Below, piece by piece: positions 32,729-41,873 of a stretch of DNA of 64,000 nt (position 1 is its first letter; each line of letters opens with the position of its first letter). The notes under the pieces were generated by a model. That model made no database searches. It saw only the letters and a program-made list of their open reading frames with translations, and was not told where the DNA came from. The stretch lies in sequence record MZ501089; one strand, written 5' to 3'. Source of the DNA: Escherichia phage KarlGJung. Position numbers and translations under genes: made by a program.

Positions 32729-33511
32729 ATGGCAGTAGTTGGTGTTCCTGGTTGGATTGGAAGTTCAGCCGCAAATGAAACAGGACAGCGCTGGATGAGT
32801 CAAGCGGCTGGTCAATTAAGATTGGGTGTTCCTTGCTGGATGAGTCAATTTGCAGGTCGCTCACGAGAAATTATTCACACGCTTGGAGCAGACCATAACT
32901 TCAATGGTCAATGGTTCCGAGATAGATGTTTTGAGGCAGGTAGTGCACCTATAGTGTTTAATATTACGGGTGATTTAGTATCATATTCTAAAGATGTTCC
33001 TTTATTCTTCATGTACGGAGATACACCAAATGAATATGTTCAGTTAAATATACATGGCGTAACGATGTATGGACGTGGCGGTAATGGTGGTAGCAATAGT
33101 CCTGGCTCAGCTGGAGGTCATTGTATTCAAAACGATATTGGTGGGAGACTAAGAATTAATAATGGTGGAGCTATTGCTGGCGGCGGTGGCGGCGGTGGCG
33201 GCGGATATTATTCTCCTTTTTCACAAATGAGATTAACCTTTGGCGGTGGTGGTGGGCGTCCGTTTGGTGCACCTGGCGGATCTATTGATATGCAATCAGG
33301 CGCAACTGCTGGTACTATTTCTGCACCTGGCTCAGGATCCGTGAATGGTATCTATAATGGTGGAAACGGTGGTGAAGTAGGTTCCGCGGGAGGTAGATGC
33401 AATATTCGCGGTCAAGGATCTGAATATAATGGCGGCGCTGCTGGTTATGCTGTCATAGGGTCTGCTCCAACGTGGCAAAATGTTGGAGCAATATATGGTC
33501 CAAGAGTATAA
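32729..33511 (+). CDS. 38: gp38 receptor-binding adhesin, glycine-rich (T2/T6-type)
   Basis: 260 aa with several glycine-rich motifs ([50 protein letters not shown]) separated by short variable segments; directly follows gene 37. Confidence 0.85.
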   Translation: MAVVGVPGWIGSSAANETGQRWMSQAAGQLRLGVPCWMSQFAGRSREIIHTLGADHNFNGQWFRDRCFEAGSAPIVFNITGDLVSYSKDVPLFFMYGDTPNEYVQLNIHGVTMYGRGGNGGSNSPGSAGGHCIQNDIGGRLRINNGGAIAGGGGGGGGGYYSPFSQMRLTFGGGGGRPFGAPGGSIDMQSGATAGTISAPGSGSVNGIYNGGNGGEVGSAGGRCNIRGQGSEYNGGAAGYAVIGSAPTWQNVGAIYGPRV

Positions 33512-33541
33512 TGTGAATAAATACCCTTAAAAGGAGGGTCT

Positions 33542-34198
33542 ATGGCAGCACCTAGAATATCATTTTCGCCCTCTGATATTCTGTTTGGTGTTCTAGATCG
33601 CTTGTTCAAAGATAACGCTACCGGGAAAGTTCTTGCTTCCCGGGTAGCTGTCGTAATTCTTTTATTTATGATGGCGATTGTTTGGTATAGGGGAGATAGT
33701 TTCTTTGAGTACTATAAGCAATCAAAGTATGAAACATACAGTGAAATTATTGAAAAGGAAAGAAATGCACGCTTTGAATCTGTCGCCCTGGAACAACTCC
33801 AGATAGTTCACATATCATCTGAGGCAGACTTTAGTGCGGTGTATTCTTTCCGCCCTAAAAACTTAAACTATTTTGTTGATATTATAGCATACGAAGGAAG
33901 ATTACCTTCAACAATAACTGAAAAATCACTTGGAGGATATCCTGTTGATAAAACTATGGATGAATATACAGTTCATTTAAATGGACGTCATTATTATTCC
34001 AACTCAAAATTTGCTTTTTTACCAACTAAAAAGCCTACTCCCGAAATAAACTACATGTACAGTTGTCCATATTTTAATTTGGATAATATCTATGCTGGAA
34101 CGATAACCATGTACTGGTATAGAAATGATCATATAAGTAATGACCGCCTTGAATCAATATGTGCTCAGGCGGCCAGAATATTAGGAAGGGCTAAATAA
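33542..34198 (+). CDS. t: holin T
   Basis: 218 aa; one N-proximal TM helix (VAVVILLFMMAIVWY) and a large C-terminal domain; matches T4 T holin size and position after gene 38. Confidence 0.9.
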   Translation: MAAPRISFSPSDILFGVLDRLFKDNATGKVLASRVAVVILLFMMAIVWYRGDSFFEYYKQSKYETYSEIIEKERNARFESVALEQLQIVHISSEADFSAVYSFRPKNLNYFVDIIAYEGRLPSTITEKSLGGYPVDKTMDEYTVHLNGRHYYSNSKFAFLPTKKPTPEINYMYSCPYFNLDNIYAGTITMYWYRNDHISNDRLESICAQAARILGRAK

Positions 34199-34471
34199 TT
34201 ATTTGTTCGTATACATCTCTAGATATCGATATACACCCTCAAAACCCTCGTTGAATTCGTCGATGAGGGTTTTCTTATCTTCTTGAGTTAATTCAGAAAC
34301 AATTTTACGGAATGAATTCTGATTTAATTTTCTACCTTCATGCGTTACTCCAATCTCATTCAGAAATGCAATAAAATTAGCACGATTCTCAACAATATCT
34401 TCTCTGGAAAATTTAATCAAAATAGACGCAACAGTAATAATTTCACGAACTGTATCAATGTTTTTATTCAT
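34199..34471 (-). CDS. asiA: AsiA anti-sigma-70 factor
   Basis: 90-aa ORF MNKNIDTVREIITVASILIKFSREDIVENRANFIAF...; T4 AsiA-like; convergent with t. Confidence 0.9.
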   Translation of the reverse strand: MNKNIDTVREIITVASILIKFSREDIVENRANFIAFLNEIGVTHEGRKLNQNSFRKIVSELTQEDKKTLIDEFNEGFEGVYRYLEMYTNK

Positions 34472-34483
34472 TAACTATACCAC

Positions 34484-34636
34484 TCAATTAGTTGACTTTG
34501 TTATAATATCATCAGACGTTTGATTTGTAAACTGGTCTGTGCTATTTTCTTCAAAAATTTTTTCTACGAATTCCTTGAACGACTTACGTTCCTGAGCTAC
34601 ATTATGCTCGATTACTTTTTCAAGATTATGACTCAT
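34484..34636 (-). CDS. small hypothetical protein (about 50 aa)
   Basis: Hand-translated ORF MSHNLEKVIEHNVAQERKSFKEF...; ATGA overlap with the arn stop. Not in the ORF track (<60 aa). Confidence 0.3.
   Translation of the reverse strand: MSHNLEKVIEHNVAQERKSFKEFVEKIFEENSTDQFTNQTSDDIITKSTN
34500..34533 (-). promoter_or_regulatory. early promoter upstream of asiA
   Basis: Minus-sense (A)GTTTAC, about 18 nt, TATTAT/TATAAC. Confidence 0.45.
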
Positions 34637-34911
34637 TCGAAATAATCTTCAATTTCATAATCATGGACATAAATCATTATAGTTTTTAATACATCATCAA
34701 TACTTTTTCCTGGAGCTGGAATTACGTAAAAATATCCTGCTTTTGAGAGGTCTTTATAAGTTCCAATCAAGAAATCATTATTCTCAAGATGTAACTCTTC
34801 AACTAATTCATTGACAATTGAATGGTATAGGTTTGGTAGAAACTTATATAGCTTTTCTAGAATATCAATTTTGATTGTGTATTGAACCACGGACTGAGAA
34901 TCAATAATCAT
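34633..34911 (-). CDS. arn: Arn anti-restriction nuclease (anti-McrBC)
   Basis: 92-aa ORF next to asiA, as in T4; acidic. Confidence 0.75.
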   Translation of the reverse strand: MIIDSQSVVQYTIKIDILEKLYKFLPNLYHSIVNELVEELHLENNDFLIGTYKDLSKAGYFYVIPAPGKSIDDVLKTIMIYVHDYEIEDYFE

Positions 34912-34988
34912 AGACCTTCCCCTTATGTTTCTGTTTGCGATTAGATTCTTTAAACGCTTTCTTCTTATCCTTATGGACAGAAGCTTTA

Positions 34989-35213
34989 TTAAAATTGTGT
35001 TTTGCGACTAAATTGTTCATAGTGCTGAATTACCTCTCTCAAACACTTGCATGTGAATGAAAACTTTTTAGCTACACCACATTCAAATATATGTTCTCTT
35101 AAATCACGTGTGTCAGTATATCCCATCTCAACAATAAAATGTCTTATTAGATTTTTATCTTTATCATTGAGAGAATTAAAATAATCGGATTTTGAATTAA
35201 TTTCCCTGGCCAA
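34989..35213 (-). CDS. hypothetical protein (74 aa, TTG start)
   Basis: ORF track; start is TTG with GGTGA upstream; an alternative 39-aa ATG-initiated ORF overlaps in another frame. Confidence 0.3.
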   Translation of the reverse strand: MAREINSKSDYFNSLNDKDKNLIRHFIVEMGYTDTRDLREHIFECGVAKKFSFTCKCLREVIQHYEQFSRKTQF

Positions 35214-35493
35214 ATTGAATCACCTTCAGTTGACGTTTTAGTTCTTTTATCATTTCTTCGTTCATCGCAATATAAAGATCGCGTAAAGCAGGTTTTAACA
35301 TTCCATTTACTGGAGAACTAAATGGACATACATAATCTTTTCCTACGAGCTTTTTGGTGAATTCCATATCACAGAACTGAAATGCCGGTTCATTGGCATA
35401 AATTCCCCAATTAGTTGACATCATTTTATTGGCATATTCCAACGCCTGGATTTGATTCTTAATTCCATCAATTTGAAACTTTTTAATATTCAT
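35197..35493 (-). CDS. hypothetical protein (98 aa)
   Basis: ORF track; ATG start. Confidence 0.45.
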   Translation of the reverse strand: MNIKKFQIDGIKNQIQALEYANKMMSTNWGIYANEPAFQFCDMEFTKKLVGKDYVCPFSSPVNGMLKPALRDLYIAMNEEMIKELKRQLKVIQFGQGN

Positions 35494-35954
35494 TAGTAAA
35501 GGTCCTCAGAGTAAAGTTCTTTTTCACTACCACCGCGTTCAATACGTACTTGTCCGGCGTAAGTTGCAATAATCATTGCTTCTTCACGTGTCCAGTAATT
35601 GCTATACTGATCAATAAACCCTTGGTCATCATCACAAACTTGCTGAGTAACTAATTGGGGTTTAACTACATCTAAAACTTCTGCCATATCTTTAGAATAA
35701 TGACGAGCACCTGGAATAACAAGAGTTCGTCCATCTTTTAATTTAAAACGGTTGGCGGCACAAACAATTCGTCGTTGATACTTTTGGTTTTCATCCCAGT
35801 ATGCGGTCTGCCAACAGATTTCAGGAACTTCTTTTAGAATATCTTCTTCTGTGCATTTATAACCATGCGCTTTAAATTTTTCAACAAGACTTTCTGGAGT
35901 TTCACGACATAAAGGAACATTCAGCATTTTTAAACGATTAATAAATGGGTTCAT
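35493..35954 (-). CDS. hypothetical protein (153 aa)
   Basis: ORF track; ATG start. Confidence 0.45.
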   Translation of the reverse strand: MNPFINRLKMLNVPLCRETPESLVEKFKAHGYKCTEEDILKEVPEICWQTAYWDENQKYQRRIVCAANRFKLKDGRTLVIPGARHYSKDMAEVLDVVKPQLVTQQVCDDDQGFIDQYSNYWTREEAMIIATYAGQVRIERGGSEKELYSEDLY

Positions 35955-36280
35955 TTAAACCATCCTTTAATACGTTGCCATAAAGTTTTCTGTTGAGCTT
36001 TGTTAACACCAATTGAACGAATAACTGGTTGAGATTCCTGAAATTCTTTATAATCAGCAAGGTAAATTTCGTAAGCTGCATCCGTAAATGAACTTATCGC
36101 TGCCATAAAATTATTGCGAATACCTACTGGAGCATCTTTACTTTCACGAATAATCATGTATTTACCAGTCTTAATCTTTACGATAGTTCCAAGATAAGCT
36201 CCATGGTACCAGATGTCCCAACCCTCTTGAGTAGGTTCTACACAACGACGAAGTTCATTGACAATTTCTAACTTGTTCAT
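35951..36280 (-). CDS. hypothetical protein (109 aa)
   Basis: ORF track; ATG start; immediately downstream of motA. Confidence 0.45.
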   Translation of the reverse strand: MNKLEIVNELRRCVEPTQEGWDIWYHGAYLGTIVKIKTGKYMIIRESKDAPVGIRNNFMAAISSFTDAAYEIYLADYKEFQESQPVIRSIGVNKAQQKTLWQRIKGWFK

Positions 36281-36290
36281 TATTTATTCC

Positions 36291-36926
36291 TCACAGTTCA
36301 GATGCTACAGTGATTACAGCTTCAATGTTTTCTGCCGAGCGTTTAATGTCAAGATACACATTACCGTTTTTAGCGATTTTACATGACATTCCGATATCAG
36401 TAAATTTCTGAATATGATGTTCCATCATTTTGTATCCAAAAATTCGCATATTTCCATTATTGTTAATTTCAAAATTACGAATTCCGTGAGTGCGTTTTTC
36501 TAAAATGGCAAGATAATTACTACGATAAGTTTCAACCTTTTTAAGAACAAATCCATTTTCATCTAAAAGTTTTAACATGAGGTCTTTATCTTCTTCCATA
36601 TCAGAAGTAATCTCACGAGCTTTACGAGTTGCTCGTTTTTTCAGTAGTTCCGGAGCATTTTCCTGCGCGTATAAAGTTGCTGCGTTTGAAATAATATCTT
36701 GAGCTTCACCTGTAATGATTAATCCATCACCAGATTTCTCCACCAGGCCTTTTTTAATCAATACCCCAATATTACTATTAACTACTGCGTTACCTAAATC
36801 TGGATGCACCTCACGAACTTCTGCAGCTGTAATGAAATCTTTCTTAGCAATGGTAATTAAAATCGCAGCAGTTTTTTCATTCAGAACATCGTTAGAAGCT
36901 TTGATGATGTAAGTTACTTTAGACAT
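36291..36926 (-). CDS. motA: MotA middle-transcription activator
   Basis: 211 aa, MSKVTYIIKASNDVLNEKTAAILITIAKKDF...; matches T4 MotA. Confidence 0.92.
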   Translation of the reverse strand: MSKVTYIIKASNDVLNEKTAAILITIAKKDFITAAEVREVHPDLGNAVVNSNIGVLIKKGLVEKSGDGLIITGEAQDIISNAATLYAQENAPELLKKRATRKAREITSDMEEDKDLMLKLLDENGFVLKKVETYRSNYLAILEKRTHGIRNFEINNNGNMRIFGYKMMEHHIQKFTDIGMSCKIAKNGNVYLDIKRSAENIEAVITVASEL

Positions 36927-36960
36927 TTTAATCTCCGTTTCAGTTCATTTATTTGATAGG

Positions 36961-36993
36961 TCTATAGTATCATGTTTAAAGCAGAAGTAAACA
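36961..36993 (-). promoter_or_regulatory. early promoter upstream of motA
   Basis: Minus-sense (T)GTTTAC, 17 nt, TACTAT. Confidence 0.5.
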
Positions 36994-37031
36994 CTTTTTT
37001 GCACTCTTTTTCAAGAGCTCTAATAAAGTAC

Positions 37032-37259
37032 TTACTTAATGTTCAGATTACGAACTTCGATTTCGTCTTCATGGGCAAAATCAAACTGTTTGAATTCTGT
37101 GTCACCTTTAAATTTAAAAATCATTGTGAAGAAAGTCAGAACACCAGGTTTTTCTTCACGAACTCCACAGATATCATATTCAATACCATCTACAACCAGT
37201 TTGTTAGCAGTCAGAGCATTTTTAGCTTTAACGATTTCGTTTTCGATTTTAAATTTCAT
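37032..37259 (-). CDS. hypothetical protein (75 aa)
   Basis: ORF track; ATG start; early promoter upstream. Confidence 0.45.
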   Translation of the reverse strand: MKFKIENEIVKAKNALTANKLVVDGIEYDICGVREEKPGVLTFFTMIFKFKGDTEFKQFDFAHEDEIEVRNLNIK

Positions 37260-37305
37260 TTTTTGTATCTCCGGGTTGTTTGTTTCAGTTCATTTATTTG
37301 ATAGT

Positions 37306-37339
37306 TGTATAGTACCACAGTATGCTTTGGTTGTAAACC
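37306..37339 (-). promoter_or_regulatory. early promoter
   Basis: Minus-sense GGTTTAC, 18 nt, TACTAT; immediately downstream of the terminator after gene 52. Confidence 0.55.
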
Positions 37340-37360
37340 GTTTTGTGAAAAAATTTTTGA

Positions 37361-37389
37361 AATAAAAAAGGGAGAGCCGAGGCTCTCCC
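37361..37389 (-). terminator. Rho-independent terminator after gene 52
   Basis: Minus-sense GGGAGAGCC-UCGG-CUCUCCC followed by UUUUUUAUUU. Confidence 0.65.
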
Positions 37390-37394
37390 TAAAA

Positions 37395-37544
37395 TTACTG
37401 CATGACTGTGATAACTGTCATGATAACACGTTGAATTCCGAACGCAAGAAGACCTCCTGCTACGGCAGGAACAACACCTAAACCCGCCAGTAAAATGCCA
37501 CCAGATACTAATGCAGCGCTTGTGATACCAATGAATGGACTCAT
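37395..37544 (-). CDS. small hydrophobic membrane peptide (about 49 aa)
   Basis: Hand-translated ORF MSPFIGITSAALVSGGILLAGLGVVPAVAGGLLAFGIQRVIM...; ATGA overlap with the gene 52 stop; followed by a terminator hairpin. Confidence 0.3.
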   Translation of the reverse strand: MSPFIGITSAALVSGGILLAGLGVVPAVAGGLLAFGIQRVIMTVITVMQ

Positions 37545-38869
37545 TTGATTTCCTCTAAATCTTTGGTGTATTCTGTAACTACATCAGTAGTTTTCCAATA
37601 TTCGTTTTCTTCTTTTTTGGCTTTAGCTTCTTCAGCAAGTTTCTTTGCTTCGTCGGAAGTCATATGAAAAATGTTCATTCCAACTAGTTTATCAACATAA
37701 GAAGAATACATATCAATTTTAGAAAGTTCTTCGGTCAGTTCTTTGCGAGTTTTACCTTGTACAACAATTTCACCTGAAATTACTTTCTTAATGAAATGTG
37801 CCTTGGCAAAAGCTAAACGAAATGCTGATTCAGTTTCTTTGATTTTGTTATCAATTCGTTTTTGGACATAAGTTTTACGAACTTCAACGAAGTCTTTGAT
37901 TAAATCAACTACATTATCGTAAACTTGCAGCTTTCCTTTCTCATTAATGACGGTAATATTCTGGGAACGACGCTCAATCAACCCGAAGTCTTTCATAATT
38001 TTTGCATGGCGTTCTTCTTCATTATCGCTCAAAGAGTATTCTTTTCGGAATTTAACTTTGAAGCCAAAGCCATGCTCACCACAAGCATCATCCCATGTAA
38101 TGAAGCCTTTATCTTCAAGCGGGTCTAAGATTTTACTCACATAAGTTTCACGATCATACTTATATGGAATCTCAGTGATATGCATTTGAGTTCGTGAAGT
38201 AAACTTATATGTTCCACGAATTTCATATTGCCCATCAATTTCAACGACTTCACCACGAAATTCTGGGAATTCTACCTTCGGTTTAGTTACTTTCTTTCCT
38301 TGAAGAGCTTGCAGTACAGCTTTCTTGACAGAAGAAACACTATGAGGAAGAATGTAAGTTGCATAACCAGTTGCAATACCGGAAACGCCATTAAGAAGAA
38401 CAGTAGGAATAATAGGCAAATAGAAAGCAGGCGGAATGTGTTCTTTATCTTGATGTACTGGAGCATATTCAGTATCTTTATATACGTTATAGAAATTTTT
38501 ACTTACACGAGCAAAAATATAACGACTTGCTGCTGCCTTTTGGACAGTACGAGAACCAAAGTTTCCTTGACCGTCTAACAGAGGAAAGTTATTATTCCAA
38601 GTGTTAGCCATCAAAGCACCTGCGTCTTGCGCAGAGTTTTCACCATGATGATATCCAAGGTCCGCTACACCGCCTGCGATAGAAGCGAGTTTGTGAAACT
38701 TATCTTTATTTCCTCGTGCCAAATCAAGAGCTCGAGCAATAACAAATCGTTGAACTGGCTTAAATCCGTCAATCATATTTGGAATGGCACGATTTTCAAC
38801 CGTGTACATAGCATAAGCCAATGCTTCATTATCAATGATACTTTTTAAATCACGATTATTCAGTTGCAT
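37541..38869 (-). CDS. 52: gp52 DNA topoisomerase II medium subunit (GyrA-like)
   Basis: 442 aa, MQLNNRDLKSIIDNEALAYAMYTVENRAIPNMIDGFKPVQR...; type IIA topoisomerase breakage-reunion domain. Confidence 0.95.
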   Translation of the reverse strand: MQLNNRDLKSIIDNEALAYAMYTVENRAIPNMIDGFKPVQRFVIARALDLARGNKDKFHKLASIAGGVADLGYHHGENSAQDAGALMANTWNNNFPLLDGQGNFGSRTVQKAAASRYIFARVSKNFYNVYKDTEYAPVHQDKEHIPPAFYLPIIPTVLLNGVSGIATGYATYILPHSVSSVKKAVLQALQGKKVTKPKVEFPEFRGEVVEIDGQYEIRGTYKFTSRTQMHITEIPYKYDRETYVSKILDPLEDKGFITWDDACGEHGFGFKVKFRKEYSLSDNEEERHAKIMKDFGLIERRSQNITVINEKGKLQVYDNVVDLIKDFVEVRKTYVQKRIDNKIKETESAFRLAFAKAHFIKKVISGEIVVQGKTRKELTEELSKIDMYSSYVDKLVGMNIFHMTSDEAKKLAEEAKAKKEENEYWKTTDVVTEYTKDLEEIK

Positions 38870-38873
38870 AAAT

Positions 38874-39014
38874 TTACCATACTAGTGAATGTAGTGCCAT
38901 AATAACATCAGAAATGAAAAGCACGACTTGAATTAATCCGAACATTATTCCGTAATATAATGCTATCAATAAAATAGCAAGGGCTAATGAATAGCCCAAG
39001 ATTTTCTTAATCAT
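38874..39014 (-). CDS. small membrane peptide (about 46 aa)
   Basis: Hand-translated ORF MIKKILGYSLALAILLIALYYGIMFGLIQVVLFISDVIMALHSLVW; not in the ORF track. Confidence 0.3.
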   Translation of the reverse strand: MIKKILGYSLALAILLIALYYGIMFGLIQVVLFISDVIMALHSLVW

Positions 39015-39165
39015 TAGTAGATAACAACACAAATGTTAAATATGCACACATACCCTGAGCTAAAGCTTGCGAAAACACACTGCTGGCATCAATACAGATA
39101 GTTAAAACACATGCTACTATCCAACAAATAAATGAAATAACTCCTAATAATTTTGCGATATTCAT
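39007..39165 (-). CDS. small membrane peptide (about 52 aa), ac-like by size and position
   Basis: Hand-translated ORF MNIAKLLGVISFICWIVACVLTICIDASSVF...; lies between stp and gene 52 where T4 ac sits. Confidence 0.3.
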   Translation of the reverse strand: MNIAKLLGVISFICWIVACVLTICIDASSVFSQALAQGMCAYLTFVLLSTND

Positions 39166-39172
39166 ATTTTCC

Positions 39173-39253
39173 TCACTGGCGTCCGAAGACGCCTTTAGTT
39201 TTAAGATTATTACGATAGAACTGCATCACGTGTTCGTTGTGGAAATTACTCAT
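39173..39253 (-). CDS. stp: Stp peptide (26 aa)
   Basis: Hand-translated [26 protein letters not shown], matching the T4 Stp peptide as I recall it; start overlaps the ndd stop (TAATG). Confidence 0.75.
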
Positions 39254-39711
39254 TAATACGCCTGCAAAACGAATTTAAAATTATCAGCCAACATACGGTT
39301 CATTTCTTCAAGTGTTTGATACTCAGAATGATGATTACGAGTAAACGCTAAAGCTAACTGTCCTTTTCCAAATCCCGTCGTCAGAGGTTTCATCTTAGAA
39401 GCAGGCAGATAAAATACTGTGTATACCATATTGTTATTTGCAATAGTACATGCAAGCTGAGACCGACGTTGACGAATATGACTTAGAACTGCACTGAATC
39501 CTTGCTTAGAACGCTGATTACCTACATAAAATCGTGCAGACACACATGGATTACTAAATGGACGACCATCTAATTTACTTACTAAAAAATAAAATCCAGG
39601 TTTAGATAAAATATCTTTATGCGGAGTTCCCAAAAACCACTCACCACCCTTGATTGTACCAATAACAGTAGCGCCTGCATTATTCAGATCAGTAACAGTC
39701 ATGTATTTCAT
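39253..39711 (-). CDS. ndd: Ndd nucleoid disruption protein
   Basis: 151 aa from the ATG ([18 protein letters not shown]...); track start is GTG, 16 codons upstream. Confidence 0.8.
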
Positions 39712-39771
39712 ATTAATTTCCTCTAAATTATTTTCTACTCCAAGGCCGCATGAATACACGCGGCCATTAAA

Positions 39772-39987
39772 TTAATCGTCGCAGTCGACGCTCAATTCCC
39801 AAAACTCTTCTACGGTATAAGTTTCAGTATCATTTTCAATACAGAAACGTTCATTACTGTTATTTGCTAAAGTAGCATTAACTGTCATTTTTTCGCTAGT
39901 GCTCTTAAGAGGTGAAATACGAATTAACTGATCACCGTTATCTAAACAAAAAATTTCACCAACTTTTACATCTTTAAAACTTTTCAT
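39772..39987 (-). CDS. hypothetical protein (71 aa)
   Basis: ORF track; ATG start. Confidence 0.45.
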   Translation of the reverse strand: MKSFKDVKVGEIFCLDNGDQLIRISPLKSTSEKMTVNATLANNSNERFCIENDTETYTVEEFWELSVDCDD

Positions 39988-40102
39988 AATTCACCTCAAG
40001 GAGTATAAAATCCAAACGCAGTTGTTGACCATCCCATCCAATATGGAAAATTTGCACCAATGTAAAACATAAGAATATAAAACCAACCGCTCAGCAAATT
40101 CA

Positions 40103-40300
40103 TCATTTTACACCATTCCAAATTGTTTCAACCACGGATTTTAAACCATTTTGATGAATATCAATTCCGACTACTGTCATCAAATAGATTCCAACTACAA
40201 CTGAACCTAAGGCAAAAATCAGCATGAAAATGAATAAAGCCGGAAAAATATTATCGAAAAACCATTCAATAAATGTAAAAGCACTGCGTTTACGCTTCAT
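40103..40300 (-). CDS. small membrane protein (about 65 aa)
   Basis: ORF track frame trimmed to ATG (MKRKRSAF...) with GAGGAAAA Shine-Dalgarno; one hydrophobic helix. Confidence 0.4.
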   Translation of the reverse strand: MKRKRSAFTFIEWFFDNIFPALFIFMLIFALGSVVVGIYLMTVVGIDIHQNGLKSVVETIWNGVK

Positions 40301-40307
40301 ATTTTCC

Positions 40308-40421
40308 TCACATAAATCCAAAGTAAGCGTTTAATACATCAATCATTAAAACGATTGGGAATATACTCAAAACTACTAGTATTATAACTACATTCCATAT
40401 AGCTTTAACAATCTTTTTCAT
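40308..40421 (-). CDS. small membrane peptide (about 37 aa)
   Basis: ORF track frame trimmed to ATG (MKKIVKAIWNVVIILVVLSIFPIVLM...) with GGAGG Shine-Dalgarno; an early promoter occupies the track's extended N-terminus. Confidence 0.35.
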   Translation of the reverse strand: MKKIVKAIWNVVIILVVLSIFPIVLMIDVLNAYFGFM

Positions 40422-40446
40422 TTTCTGTTCCTCCGTAGTTGATAGG

Positions 40447-40480
40447 GTAATAGTACCACGGAAGAACAGTCTTGTAAACA
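40447..40480 (-). promoter_or_regulatory. early promoter
   Basis: Minus-sense (T)GTTTAC, 18 nt, TACTAT. Confidence 0.5.
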
Positions 40481-40664
40481 ACTTTTTTAAAAATATTCGT
40501 AATAAATGTGAATACCAACTACTACCGCTGAAACCTGTGCAACCAACCACGCACAAGCAATAAGTACAGAATTCAAAATTTTCATAATAACCTCATTACA
40601 AAAGTAAATGTTAAACAAATTAATGGAATACTAATTAACCAAACAAAACACCACCATAATGAAC

Positions 40665-40928
40665 TCATAGTTCAATCTCAGCGATTTTCATTTCATTATT
40701 GTTAATAGCATTTTTAAGACTATCCGAAAGAATTACATTCCAGTGGTCATTCATATGACCATTAACTAAGCGTGTAATTTCTTCGGGAGTTGAAAAATAA
40801 GGCGTATCAGACTCCCAATGCGATAATCCTAAGCGAGTATAAATCATGCCTTCATCATCGCTAGAATATTCAACTGACACAAACTCATCAGTTATTTTAT
40901 GTTTAACGTAAAAGAACTTAAATTTCAT
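40665..40928 (-). CDS. hypothetical protein (87 aa)
   Basis: ORF track; ATG start with GGAGG Shine-Dalgarno; strong early promoter upstream. Confidence 0.5.
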   Translation of the reverse strand: MKFKFFYVKHKITDEFVSVEYSSDDEGMIYTRLGLSHWESDTPYFSTPEEITRLVNGHMNDHWNVILSDSLKNAINNNEMKIAEIEL

Positions 40929-40953
40929 TTTCTGTTCCTCCGTAGTTGATAGT

Positions 40954-40987
40954 TGTATAGTACCACGGTCCTTGTGGTATGTAAACT
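40954..40987 (-). promoter_or_regulatory. early promoter
   Basis: Minus-sense (A)GTTTAC, 18 nt, TACTAT, with an A/T-rich upstream tract; drives ORF 40665..40928. Confidence 0.55.
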
Positions 40988-41003
40988 GTTTTATGAAAAT
41001 TTT

Positions 41004-41561
41004 TTAAATGGAAAGATACCATCCGCTGTAGTTGCTTTTTCTTACAACTTTACGAAGGTCTTCTCTGTCACCGATGAACTTCGGAGTGTACTGGATGACA
41101 CCTGGATGAATTTCTTTAGTGTTGAATATAATTATACAGTCGGCGACTTGATGATTTAGAATGGGCCCTAGATTTATTCCAGAACCATATTGATACTCTC
41201 CGCTGCATCCCGTTGTTACCGAAATCCAACGCGAGTCAGTTTGATGTGTCTTAACTTCTACGCGAAGCCCACAGTATTTTGGATGTGCTAAAACATCCCA
41301 TGCATATGTGTACGGATCATCGACATCTTCTTGGCCTTTATTGACATATCCGCTTAGCCAATCTGCCACGAAAAACTCGGCGTACACAGCGATACGGCAT
41401 CTTTCGATAACTTCTGCCTTATCCTGATTTGGGTTTTGTTTTAAAGAGTATCTTGCAGTATCAGCAATTTTGACCTTCATTTCACTAGTCAAGTCACTGT
41501 TCGATAGGGTAAATGACGGAATCTGAAATAGTCTCTGCAAACCCGGATTCGTTTTCTGCAT
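41004..41561 (-). CDS. denB: endonuclease IV
   Basis: 185-aa ORF MQKTNPGLQRLFQIPSF...; matches T4 DenB size and position between ndd and rIIB. Confidence 0.85.
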   Translation of the reverse strand: MQKTNPGLQRLFQIPSFTLSNSDLTSEMKVKIADTARYSLKQNPNQDKAEVIERCRIAVYAEFFVADWLSGYVNKGQEDVDDPYTYAWDVLAHPKYCGLRVEVKTHQTDSRWISVTTGCSGEYQYGSGINLGPILNHQVADCIIIFNTKEIHPGVIQYTPKFIGDREDLRKVVRKSNYSGWYLSI

Positions 41562-41647
41562 TTAAACTTTCCTTTTATGTCTGAATCACTGGTATTCATA
41601 TAATAAATCATAATTTCTCTTAAAACAAAAGGGCCGAAGCCCTTATT

Positions 41648-41842
41648 TTATTTGAATTGTGCAATTCTTTTCTCTAGACATTCAGCATAAGATTTCATTG
41701 AGATGAACTGTGAAAGTAGCAGTTCTTGCTCAACTGCACTAACTGTTAGAAACTTTGCGCTTTCTAAAAATTTACTCAGTGCATTAATTTTGAGCATTAA
41801 TTGATCGTATTCTTCTTTTACTCGTGCTTGATAACCTAACAT
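41648..41842 (-). CDS. hypothetical protein (64 aa)
   Basis: ORF track; ATG start; flanked by UUCG hairpins. Confidence 0.45.
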   Translation of the reverse strand: MLGYQARVKEEYDQLMLKINALSKFLESAKFLTVSAVEQELLLSQFISMKSYAECLEKRIAQFK

Positions 41843-41861
41843 AATTTTCCTTAGTTAAGGG

Positions 41862-41873
41862 CCGAAGCCCTTA
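41862..41873 (-). other. intercistronic UUCG hairpin immediately after the rIIB stop
   Basis: Minus-sense GGGC-UUCG-GCCC followed by UUAACUAAGGAAAAUUAUG; a similar hairpin lies at 41631..41642 upstream of denB. Confidence 0.5.

Noticed and set aside
33170-33270. Poly-GGC/GGT repeat (ggcggtggcggcggtggcggcgga...) that looks like a tandem or CRISPR-like repeat
   Set aside because: It is in-frame coding sequence for the glycine-rich motifs of gp38; there are no spacer-repeat units and no cas genes.
33506-33523. TATAAT and AATAAATA upstream of gene t as promoters
   Set aside because: Neither is an exact late or early consensus with proper partner elements; left unannotated.
34903-35020. Alternative 39-aa basic ORF (MNNLVAKHNFNKASVHKDKKK...) overlapping ORF 34989..35213
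   Set aside because: Cannot decide between the two overlapping frames from sequence alone; reported the track ORF at low confidence instead.
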